Of a stretch of DNA of 64,000 nucleotides, positions 52,601-64,000 are shown piece after piece. Under the pieces are notes generated by a model. It was not told the DNA's origin and made no database searches. It saw nothing but the letters and a program-made list of their open reading frames with translations. Each line of letters begins with the position of its first letter. Positions within the stretch are counted from its first letter, which is position 1. Both the position numbers and the translations under genes were made by a program. Origin of the DNA: Gnetum montanum (Eukaryota; Plantae; Gnetophyta); NCBI GenBank assembly GCA_015680685.1, contig MNCI01000737.1:601198-665197 (forward strand), read 5' to 3'.

Positions 52601-55600
52601 TTCGGGAGACATTCCACACTCATCCCATCCTCCAACTCCATCTGCACCTCTTCCACCTGTAGTTCCCATACAACCTGCTCCAACAATGCAAGGGGAACTC
52701 CCTACTCAACCGCAGCAACGTAACGCTGCGAGAGCTGTAAACATTCAACTCGCTGCTAGTTCTGACAACTGTAAAAAGAGAAGACCATTCTTCAGAACCA
52801 GAAGCCCAGAAAAGCTCTCACAACAAGCGGTTGAGTCTACAAACACTCCTCCACCATCCAAAACTTTGAAGCACCCTTCAATCCAACAACAGAGTACGCA
52901 TACGGTTATGTTAACGCATACCGTAACCGACTGGATCAAGGTAGGTCACCTTCCTAGGAAACTCTCTGACCCTAGGAGCTCCTTAATCTATTTACAAATC
53001 GCTGGGAACGAACCACATAAGGCTCTTCTTGACTCAGGTTCCGGATTCAATTTAATATCATGAGAAATGTATCAAGTCTGGAACCTACCCCAACTTAAGA
53101 AGAGCAACATTCAACTGGAGCTGGCTGACCAGTCCATCACCATTTCCTTAGGATTGGTGGAGGACATTATTACCACTGTGTGTGGGTGGTCATACCTAGC
53201 TGACTTCCTGGTGATTGAAGTTAACATTAACAACGGGGGCTTCCCAATTATAATGGAAAGGCCATGGCTGAGTACAGTAGATGCATACCTAGGGATCTGT
53301 GATCTTTCCTTGTAGATATCTAATATAAATATTTATGGAAAGATCAAGAAGAAGAAATTTATGTGCATCACATACAATGACTTAGAGGGTGATGACATGG
53401 AAGAATGTTCAGCATCTATTCCATTTAATCAGTGTGCCCAAGAAATACAAATACAAAGGTGCCTATATGTAGCAACCACACCAGTAGTAGACACCCCGTG
53501 GTTGACAGCTAAACGAAAGAGCAACCTAATATGCACGGAATGAACTAAGGAAACAACTCATGCTAAAAACAAAGGCATAGACACATTAGAATATGAGCGT
53601 CGTCGACTTCCACCCCTTAATCTAAGAACATCAACGGGGAGAAGTTGGGCACTTTTAAAAAATTAAAATAGACGTTCATTATTTTGGACCTCTCCCTTGC
53701 AATTCAGTCATGGGGGAGATGGCCACCTATGCTAATCATTGGAGGCCCTCAGTTCTTTTAAGTTTTTGTTTTACACATTTTTGTTTTACAAGTTTTTGTT
53801 TTACATGCCTTTGTTTAACATATTTTTGTTTTACACATTTTTGTCTTACACGTTTTTGTTTTGCACATTTTTTTCACATTTTTGTTTTGCACGTTTTTGT
53901 TTTACAAATTTCTTTAACTTTTCTTGTTTTTTTTTACAACATTGTCATACTTTTTCCAATTTTTTGTGTGTGTGTGTTACCCATCCTGTAAGTTTGTCAC
54001 CCAATAAGTGTTCTCCACGATGGTATGAACTGTTTTCTTGTTGATTGCTAATGTTTGCTTTTTACCTTTAAGTTACGATGTTGACACTAAGGTATGTTCT
54101 TTTGATATGACAAGCAATGAGTCCACTTCATCCATTCATCCACAATACTTTATGGTCTCTCTTGGCTTGGAAATGTACAGTTCCCTTTCTAATAAGAACT
54201 TTAACAAATCGGTGACTGGGTATTTCTCAAACTAAGGAAGGACTCAAGGATTGAAAAGGGTGTGACTTCAAGGGAACTTGATGCATTTGTGTTGGCCATT
54301 CTCTTGGGTGCTTGGATGTTTTCTTCTTGAGTTTTCTTGTTGTTCCGATGTTACCCAATTATCGGAAGCTGAGACAATAAAAACAAGAAGTCTTTGCATG
54401 GTGTGGTTCTCACACATAAAAATATTTTTAAAAAAACAAAGAGAAGAGAAGAAAGAAAGTGAGAATTCAAAGCACACCCCTTAGACGAAATAATCCCTTG
54501 GGCTACAAGCACTGGTTATGGAACTAAAAACATTCCCTCTAACTAAGGCCCTTCTCACTTCCCATTCTCTCTTCATTCATTTCGTCGGAATGGTGGTGAC
54601 TCTTTGGAGATGCATTCTTGTTATTCAAGAGGGTGGATTGGTCGAATGCATTGATGCAAAGTCACTGGATGTGGTTGGTTTGAGACCGGAGTTGGAATGA
54701 GATCTGCCAAGTCACATTAATCATGAAACATACAAGGGGCTGTACACCACCTTGTTCTTGGGATTTCATTTCATTTTCTTCTCTCTCCATCCTTCTCTCC
54801 ACTATTCACCTCATTGCCGGTTGTATCATTAATGTATATTTTGGTAGATACATTGTTTTCTTTTTGGTAAATTCTTACGGTTCAGACTTTAACTCTTGTT
54901 CCAAAGGACATTTCCAGGGCCTACGGACTCTTTGAATGTGGGTTTGTCAGGGCATTGAGGGCATGAGCCTACTTTGGGGAGGACCCACTGACATTCCTAT
55001 TTGGTGCATTAGTTAAATTCTTTCCCTTAACATTTTGCAATTAATTTTTTTTGTTCATTTCCATCTTGACATCCACTTTATCGATGTTACCATTGTCTCT
55101 TTTTCTCCATCCTTCTTATTCCTTTTCTTTTTCCATTCTCTCGCTATCGGAGGTTCGCGATTAGTCATGGGGGCACGGGGCCCAATTTTTTCGATTTTCT
55201 CCTAACCCCTACGCCTTTGGTAGTAATCATTAATTTATCTCCAGATTCGTATCCACCATACCACAATTCAGCCAATGGACTTTCACCGTAGCAAGGTATC
55301 AACTACATTGAAATTCATTTACCATTGCTAATATAAGATTGTGTTGTGTGTGCAGATGGCGATCATGCAACAATGGACTGGATTTGAAGGGAGCACTTGG
55401 AATGGAACGGTGCTAAAGTAGCTTTGCAAGGAATGAGATCGATGATGCGCTTACGGATGGACAACGAAAGGCACAATCTTGGTGTTGGCAGCAGCAACAC
55501 TTCTTCTCTCTTCTCTCTTCTATTTTCTCTCAGCTACCAAATGAGGCCTGATGTTAATGTAATAAGGTGTTCACCCTTGTTGTCATGAACACCATTTTTG

Positions 55601-56578
55601 TTGTATCTTGTAATGATGATCCGTTCACATGTCATCCTATTAGTTTCATTTGAGTCAATAATCCCATACCTTCTCGATATTATTATAAGGAACTCAAGGA
55701 CGAGTTTTCATTTAGTCATGGGGGTATGATGGGATGCGATATCGCATGGGCTACGATATTGCGACCGTCGCGATATCCCATCCCTCGCGATATTGCGTAC
55801 GCGATATCATGTCTTCCCCTGCGATATCGCATACACGATATCGCGGTGCGCCGTCATATCTATAAATAAGAGGCGACTCTCCCTTGTTTCCTCATCCTAG
55901 GCTAGACAGTAGGGAAACTCTGGCAAATTGATCACTCCAGAGATAGAATATTTTCCATGTGCCCGCAGTAGGAATCCTCAAGTGAATGGATCTTTATTCG
56001 AGTAGACATTGTACCTGAACACAAGTTTGTGTTCGGAAATAAAGACGAGCTTCTTGGATAAACCTTGCAGTACATGGAATGGGCTAATTAGGATTTTATT
56101 ACTGTTATTTACATGCTTTATTAGTTATTTTCTACTTTCTCTCTCAACCCTTCTCTCCTAGTTAAGTGCCTCAGTACGACCACTTCGAGCACATGTGTTA
56201 CACTTGGTGATCCCAGCAACGATTAGCATTTGGTAGCCAAGGTTGCATCGATTCAGGGTGTGTACAGTAAGTGGGAACGGATGTTGATGCTAGGTTATTT
56301 TAGACTTAGTTCATTAGTTAGAGTTAGTAATTAGTCTTCTCAACCCTTCACCTTGTTAGCATAGGAGACATAAAACATAAAAAGCATAAAAATCATATAC
56401 CTCAGACTTACTTAACTATACACCGTGACAACTACAAGCAAGTCTAGGAAGACAACGAATGATTAACCCTAAGTGTTCCATGGGGCATGTAGGCACTTAG
56501 TCTGCAGAGTTCGACCGGATCGCGCGTGCTACGCTCGTATTCGTATGGTTGAGTGTAGGGGTACCTCGCCACTCATCA
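49657..56578 (+). mobile_element. Non-autonomous Athila-like LTR retrotransposon (gag + aspartic protease only; TR-GAG-like)
   Basis: TGATG...CATCA termini with TSD CATTT (49652-49656 and 56579-56583). 3' LTR 55727-56578; 5' LTR 49657-50338 ends at an N (50339). About 12 differences over ~590 comparable bp. Gag remnants 50403-52400 with stops; protease ALLDSGSGFNLIS ~53020-53060. No RT, RNase H or integrase motifs seen. PPT AGTCATGGGGGTA at 55714. Confidence 0.93.
53762..53908. repeat. Degenerate ~15-bp minisatellite (TTTTTGTTTTACACA) inside the LTR element
   Basis: About 10 imperfect copies visible. Confidence 0.85.
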
Positions 56579-57467
56579 CATTTCATCTTTCTCCTACATT
56601 AATGTTTTTTTTATTTCTTTCTTACTATCCTTACCATCCTTGGGAATGGAAAGAAGACTTTCAGCTTTCATTTCATTTCTATTCTTTTTCCTTGTTATTA
56701 GAAAATTTATCTCTAAGATTTCAAAATGAACTAGCATATCTATTAATAAGAAATTATTTGAATTACCCACTTTCTCTTTCTGTTTACCTAACATGACCTC
56801 TACCCTTAGCTTCTTGGGCTTTTTTTACCTCTCACTATAGGAATTTATCTTTTCTTTGATCTTTTCTAGCTTCAATTGTTTCAAACCATTCCTCTTCAAT
56901 AATTTTCCTTCCTTTGTTAACGTCATCCCTTGTTGTCATCTTTGGCCTCTTGATGTTCTCCATCACTAAAGATGAGCTAACCACCTCTTGTGTCTATGAT
57001 GTTATTTCCTAGGATCTTCCTCTCAAGTTGAACATTACTATTAGTGCCTTGAGGTGCTAGCACAAGGGACATGACAAATTATATTTTTGTATCACCTAAT
57101 CATCTTCATGGCCACTTTTTGCTAGTAGCTTTACAATCACCTTAAGCAACCCATAATAGAACACAAAATTTAGAGTATTGCTTTTTTTTCTGTTCTTTTT
57201 TTTAATATGTTTTCAAAGGTAGTTGCTCTATTTCCTCACTCATCCCATTGTAAATAGAGGTTGCCCAATCATAACTCATCTCATGCATCATCACGTTGTA
57301 GAATATATGTAGTTTCTTAGGTGCATGCTTTCATTTCTATTTGATCTCATCATAGACAAACCTCTTTATTAGCAACAATAGATTATTGTCATAACTTAAA
57401 ATCTTCTATAAGTTTAATTATTTGATTTTATACTCTTAAATATTTTTAATAGGTTATTTTTAATTTT

Positions 57468-60400
57468 GTCATCATCCTAGCCTTGTCCCAACAAAATGGG
57501 GTTGGCTACATGAGTTCTTTTTCACCATTCACGTCTATGAAGAGTTAGATCCTTATTTATTTGTAGCATCTTCAAACTATCTTTGATCATTTTTTTCCAT
57601 GTCTTTTTTGATGTTCCTTTTAATGGCTTGCTTAGAATAGTGATGTAGCAACCTTTATTTATAGGCTCATTATTTGGTCTTCTTTGCACATGTCCAAAAC
57701 ATCTAGGTTGTCGTTAATGAAGCTTATGAGGATCGTAGAACTTAGAGCAAGTGAGGGATGGAGAGAGGGGACAGAGGATCGACAAAAAAACCATACCCAA
57801 AAATATGAGGTTCCCTAGCTTGGGTACTCCACACTTAGAAGGTAGATTGCTTGCACACTTTTGAACTTTGTTTCTCTCAAAATATGGTTTGAAGGATATT
57901 ATACCCTGTATAGCTCTAAGTCCGATCCAAAGTGATTTGATGCCATGAATCCACTCAACTTGGCTAGGTCCCAATAAGCTTAGAATGTGGTTTCAAGGAT
58001 CCCACAACCTTTACAAATTGAACTTTGCTCTGGATTGTTGTGATGCTACACCAACTACTCAATCCGAGTGGGATCTTGACAAGCTCAATGATGATGCCTT
58101 CTTGCAAGAAGCACATCAAACCTAGCAAAGCAATAAGAAAGAGAAAAATAAATTACAAGGAAAGAATGCAACTAATTTGCTAGTCTTTGTACCTTAAAGC
58201 ATAGTACAATATAATCGCTACTACCATACAAATGATGGAACAATGAGGTACGAATTCAATAGTATGCAGTTCACAATGATAGCTTGATGTTGACACTTTC
58301 TTACACAAAAACTTGCTTGTTTCCCAAGAGAATGCATTCTTCATATAGCCTTGATATTTCCAAATCACCTCGAAATTTGTGTAATGACCATCTAATGGCT
58401 AGGGGAAATGCCTTCTTCAAGATTAGGATGTCCTATTACATAGACCTCAATTTAGGGGAGATGTCTCTCCACCAAAGGAGACATCTTGTCCAAATAGGAG
58501 ACATCTACTATTTCAGCAAGACGTCATCTTTGGTTCTTCTGCACTTCGGCCAAGATGTCTCCTATGTCTAGGAGTCCTCTTCTCAACTTTGGGGCTTTAC
58601 TTCTCAAGGCTTCCTTTAATTGATTTGGCTCATCCCCATTCTTGGGAACTTCTTCATTTTGTTGTAGTCTTCATCTTTGTCCTTGCTCCCACTTTTCTAT
58701 TGAAGTCTTTGTCCAAGCTCTCTTAAGTCCTTGTAGTTCTTACTTTGACATCTTGAAGTAGCTCTCATTCCTTGAGTGTTCATTCATGTCCAATAGGTCC
58801 TTGTGGTCTCCACTTTGACAACTCTTTGTAGATGTCATCTCTCAAGCTCTTCTTCATCTCCTTCAAAAGCATCACACTTCACAACATCTTATATTATTCA
58901 TTTTTCTTAAGGTTTTGATATACCAAAAGGTCAATAGCTTATTTGAAATAGAAGCCACTCCAAGTTTTCCTTTGATGTCTATATTATGTAGTTTATCTCT
59001 TCCAGTAATATTAAATATCCATTAAAGCATTCATATTTATACATCATTGATTTATTCTTCATGCCTTTTTTGTACTACCTAACATTTAGCATTGTATAAG
59101 ATAGCAAGCCTAATTACTATCTTGTAAAATTTCTTCTTTGATTTATTGGTATTCAACACTATTAGCCTATCTTCATTTTGATTATTCTTTCTCAATTCTA
59201 TTTCTAGTATCTTTATCAATTTCACCATCTAATTGGAGAATTGACCCTAGGTAATTAAACTATTTGTAGTGAGGGATTTCTTTTCCTTAAATTGTTACTT
59301 ATATTTCACCATTGTTTATACTATTATTAAAATTGCATTCTATATATTCTATGTTACTTTTCCTAGTTTTTAAGCTTTTCGATTCTAGAGCATGTCTCCA
59401 CTTCTCCATTGTAGCATCAATATTTTCTTGAATTGTATCCACCAACACAATATCATCTACAAATAACATACACCAAGGGATTTCATCTTGTATTTCCTTT
59501 CTTAATTTATCTATAATAATGGTAAATAAGTGTAGGCTAAGTGCATACCCTTGATGTAGACCTACTCTAATTAGAAAATCAGATGTTATTTCACAAGTTG
59601 TTCTAATTTTAGTGGTAGCTCCTTTATACATGTCTTGAATTGCTTTAATATATTTATCATGGATGTTTTTCGTCACAAGCCCTATCAAATAATATCTCTA
59701 GGCACTCTATCATATGTTTTTTCTAAGACAATGAAGATCACATATAAGTTTATCTATGTTTTCTCAATTTCTCCATCAATTGTTGTATCAAAAAAGTAGC
59801 CTCTGTAGTAGATCTCCTTGGCATAAATCCAAATTAATTTTCTAGTACTGTTAATTCAAGTCTAAGACATTGCTCTATGATGGCTAATTAGTTTGATACC
59901 TTTATAGATTGCACAATTTTGTATGTCTCCTTTATTTTTGTAAATGGAAACAACAAAGCTTTTTTTTCTAATTGTTGGGCATTTCTTCATTCTTCAAAAT
60001 TTTTTTAAAATAATCTTATCAGCTAAGACACTCTCATATCTCCCAATGCTTTGTATGATTTTATAAGAATGTTATCTGATCCAATAGCTTTTCCATTTTT
60101 CAACTTTAATAAGGCTATCTTCACCTTAGAGAAGGAAAGTTCATTAACAAAATCAAAATTTGGTTCTTCTTCTTGAATGTCTTCTCTTGAGAATTTTTTA
60201 TTTAATAATTCTTAAAAATAGTTTTTTCACCTTTCCAAAATTTCATCGTTTTTTACCAAAATTCCTTAATTTCCATCCTTGATGCATTGGATCTTATCAA
60301 TATTCTTAAATTTCTTGTTCCTAACCTTTTTCAATTAATAAATATACTTTTCTCCTTCCTTTTTTTAATTATTCATAAAAGCTATCCAAGGCCTTATGTT

Positions 60401-60700
60401 TAGCTTTGGCTACTTCTATGGTTGCCTCATTCTTTATCATTTTGTATATTAGCTTATTTTCTTGGCTACCACTATACTACAATTCCTTAAAGTATTTTTT
60501 TATTATTTTGGATAACATGTTAGAGTTCATCACTTTACCACCATGTCTTCTTTGGGATGCATTTTTTTGCATTTTGTTTTACCCAAATTGTTCTTTCTAA
60601 ATTTCTAAATGCAACTTTCTATGTGGCCTCAAATAAAATTTACATAGCAATCCCAATTCTAGGTGCCTTCATGAAATAATTGTTCTTTGAATAATTTGAT
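57468..60700 (-). mobile_element. Degenerate RTE-clade LINE interrupted by an insertion at ~57712-58886
   Basis: ORF 59299-59688 with VGLHQGYALSLHLF and EIPWCMLFVDDIVLV; GFMPRRST equivalent ~59810-59830; (CAT)n 3' tail at 57468. Confidence 0.88.
57712..58886. mobile_element. Probable solo LTR inserted in the RTE LINE
   Basis: Interrupts the LINE near the 'RWFGHV'-equivalent motif, ends CAACA, and has GATGTCTC/GACATCT repeats like 9740-10723. No TSD seen. Confidence 0.5.
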
Positions 60701-61155
60701 GTTATCTTCTTTCAAATTCCACCAATTTATGCATTTATTCCTTTTGTCCTGCTACTTTTAAAGCTCTATATAACTAAATCTATGGCCATTAATTTCATGA
60801 ACTAAATAATAGAATTACATTATTACCTTACTTAAGTCTATATAATTTACTTGTTAAAGTTTTATATTATTTACTTCTTACTACTATTGATGCTCATTCA
60901 TACATCTTTTATATATTTTATGATTGAATATTGAAATCTAATTACCCTTGGAAGTTTTTTTGTTAGTTATTATATCTTCATAAATATTAAATTATGCATT
61001 TTTCCTTTTGTATTACACACATATGATGATATAATGCTTTATTCATGAAGCATTTAGGATCCCAATCCTATCCAAGTCATTTCCTCTGTTACTTTTTATT
61101 ATCAAACTAAAATTTTAAGCTAATTTTTATATAAAAAAACTTTATTAAAGAAGTG

Positions 61156-61653
61156 TGATGAGTGACAAGTATGCTTAACACCTTACCATATGATCTAGAA
61201 GTGTCATGGTAGACTATGTGTTAATCCATTGAAAGGATAGGTTGTATGTCTAGTTGTAGCATGGGTTGATCTTTGGTCATTGTCTTCTCAATTAGATTTG
61301 TAATAGTCCTTTTATCTTATATGATTAAGTTTAGTTAAGACATATGATTATTGATGTTGTATTGGCCATAATAAAATTCTAAGTAAAACATGAATTACTG
61401 ATTAACTATATAATTAACTATTAAAAAGAAACTAAATTCTAAGCTAGCCTATGGGTGATGAGTGTTCATTCCTTAACCTATTGTCACATTTCTAGATATT
61501 CATGCTAATTACTAGGATTACCAAACTAGTGCACTACTAGTCATACCAAGTGTTTAGTTGCTAACATTACTAAGCTAGTGTGAGTTTAATGCTTAAGATT
61601 AAGTCACACTTATTCTACCAATGATTTAATGTGTAAAGAAATGTAAAGACTAT
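61156..61653 (-). mobile_element. Partial Athila-like LTR (3' half), opposite orientation
   Basis: Begins TGATGAGTGACAAGTA, the reverse complement of the family LTR end; collinear with 1290-1750. Confidence 0.7.
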
Positions 61654-64000
61654 TGATAAATCGTGTTTTTTCATCACTTTGCTATCGCGGCCCAAGATGT
61701 GATATCGTACATTCAATATCGTAGGGTTACTCCCAGGTCTATAAATACAGCGCCTAGGTGCACAATTGGGAGTAAGTTTTAGTAGTCAAGTAGCGAAACT
61801 CTTGCAATTTGTTCATTTGAAAGTTAGAATATTTTCCAAGTGCCCGCAGTAGGAGGTCTAAGTGTAAATAGATCTTTATTCAAGCATTGATGTACCTAAG
61901 CACACCATTCTGTTGGCAATAACGACAAGCTCTTTGATTCATCCTTGCAGCACTTGATATTTCTTTTCTTATGCATTTATATTTTATTTTATTTTATGCA
62001 CTTTACATTCATGTTATTAGCGCAACAATTCATTTTGATCAATTAAGCAAATCATTAAATTACACAAGCACAACCCCTTTGAGCATATGTGTAACACTTG
62101 GTAGCTCAGAAATGATTAGCGTTTGATAGCCTAGCAGTGTTTGCATGAAGTTTAAGACGTGTTCAGAAAGTGGAAATGGTTACTTGTGTTAGGCTAAATT
62201 AGACTATAGTTTACTTAGCAATTATTCACTCTTACTTTTAATCACTCTTACTTTTATTCTTGTTCTAGGTGAGTAATTCTATGAAAACATAAAACAATAA
62301 AAATCATATGCCTCAGTCACACTTAACCATACAATTGCATTCCACAAGTGGGACTTGGAAGACAATGAATGAACAACACACACATGCACTATTTAGCTCT
62401 AGTGCACTTAGTAACTATAGTCTGAAGAATTCAACTAGATTGCACATGAATGCTTGTGATTCGTATGGTTGGGCATAGGGGTACCTTGTCGCTCATCATT
62501 GGCATCGTTGTCGAGGACTGTAGTTCTTTGTGCGCTATCTAAACCTAGTAAAATTTAGTAACCTTGTTGTTTGAACCCTGAGAGTCAAATCCTATAAAAA
62601 CAAAAATTATTATTATTATCATTAAATTAAATATTAACTGCACATTTTTTATTGACACAAAATGTCTTCTTCTCACAAAAGCCCATCTCTGCCTAGGGCA
62701 GTTCAAGTACCTCAACAATATCGGGTGTTATATGCTCATCCTGATGAAGGATAGTAGAATAAAGAGGTTGGATATGAACAACATCCCTTGGTTCGAGGGA
62801 GGATATGATGCTGATCCGCAAAATCATCTTCAGGCCTTCCAAGATGCATGTGCCCTGCAAAATATTGAAAATGACTAGCAAAAGCTAAATTTATTTCCAA
62901 TGACACTTATAAAAGAAGTAGAAAGTTGGTATCAATCCTTAGAACCAAAATCAATTAGGTGGTGGAGTACAATGTTGGAACTATTCAATGACAAATGTCA
63001 AATGTACTCTTGAGTATCCAATCTAAGGACACAAATTCAAGGGTGGAAACAAGGAAATCATGAGCTCTTGGATGCTATTATTGATCAATACTACTCTCTA
63101 TTGCATAGGTGTGCTAGCCATGGATACTCACAACTTGATTAGCTTCGCCATATCATAGATGGGTTATGGTCTAAAACCAAGAAAACCCTTAGTGTCTATG
63201 CCTAAGGGAGATTGATAGAGCTGAGTGCCCGTTGGATTCAAAAATTAATTGAGCAAGTAGCTAAGGAGGAGAGAGAGCTGAGAAAACATGAAAGTGCAGA
63301 AGAATATAATAGAGACCCTAGTATTCAGAGAAAGGGGGTTAGATTTTGTGACAGTGAAGATGAATTCATCAGAGATGAGGTGGTAAATTAGAAAACCTTG
63401 CCATTCCAAAAATTGCAATCAGTAGTCATGGCCAAGGTTGATCAGTTATGGGACTCCATGGACAATAAGTTTCAAGATGTCTTAAAAATTGCTGAAGAGT
63501 TCAAGGAGCAAAGTGATGAGCATGAGCATCGAAGACATAAGGAGGTTGAACGCACCATATCTAAGGGTAAAGGTGAAATGGCTGTAGATAGCATTTCAGA
63601 TGATGGTGGTGGGTGTGATTTTTACCAATATAAACATCCTAAGGGATGTTGTTCAATTATATCACACTTGAATGAATCTAGGGTGTATGCCTTGCATCCA
63701 TGACTTACAAAAGGCAAACACCCAAAAGATTGCTTTATCCACAAGGTAATCCTTGATAACATACCAATTACCCTATCCAAGGAGGGATACCAACTATTAC
63801 CCTCATGCACCTCCTGTTCCTACACCTACTCCTCCATCTCCTACACAACTACCACCTACTCCATCCATGTAGGATGAATTGCTTGCACAACCATAGCAAA
63901 GGAATGCTACGAGGGTAGTTAACCTACAATCGATTAACCTATCTAGCGGGTTAGAACCATGAACAAAGAAAAGACCCTTCTTTCAACCTCGCAGTCCACC
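61654..64000 (+). mobile_element. Athila-like LTR element, 5' part (LTR 61654-62498, PBS, decayed gag running off the window end)
   Basis: TGAT...CTCATCA LTR; PBS TGGCATCGTTGTCGAGGA at 62500; gag ATG at 62662 homologous to 50403; ORF 63398-63703 homologous to 51960-52439. Confidence 0.88.

Overview
AT-rich, CpG-depleted land-plant nuclear DNA made mostly of decayed retroelements, with two intact convergent multi-exon genes rebuilt by hand from splice signals. (1) A + strand MYB-CC (GARP Myb + LHEQLE coiled coil; MYR1/MYR2/APL/PHL-like) transcription factor at about 20.9-23.35 kb. (2) A - strand 8-exon, 305-aa DUF4504/C1orf74-like gene at 31018-44360, which the ORF track shows only as fragments. 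Repeats include at least four elements plus a partial LTR of an Athila-like LTR family with a tRNA-Asp PBS (one 6.9-kb gag+protease-only element with TSD CATTT), a nested chromovirus-like Gypsy relic, RTE LINEs, a tRNA-like SINE family and three near-perfect 47-49 bp tandem arrays. The most interesting signals are three clusters of P1BS (GNATATNC) sites bracketing the MYB-CC gene, suggesting a PHR-family feedback circuit, and a 1.4-kb inverted pair of mini-Copia elements inside the last intron of the DUF4504-like gene that should fold the pre-mRNA into a long hairpin. All alignments, counts and identities were made by eye, and family assignments come from remembered motifs rather than database searches.
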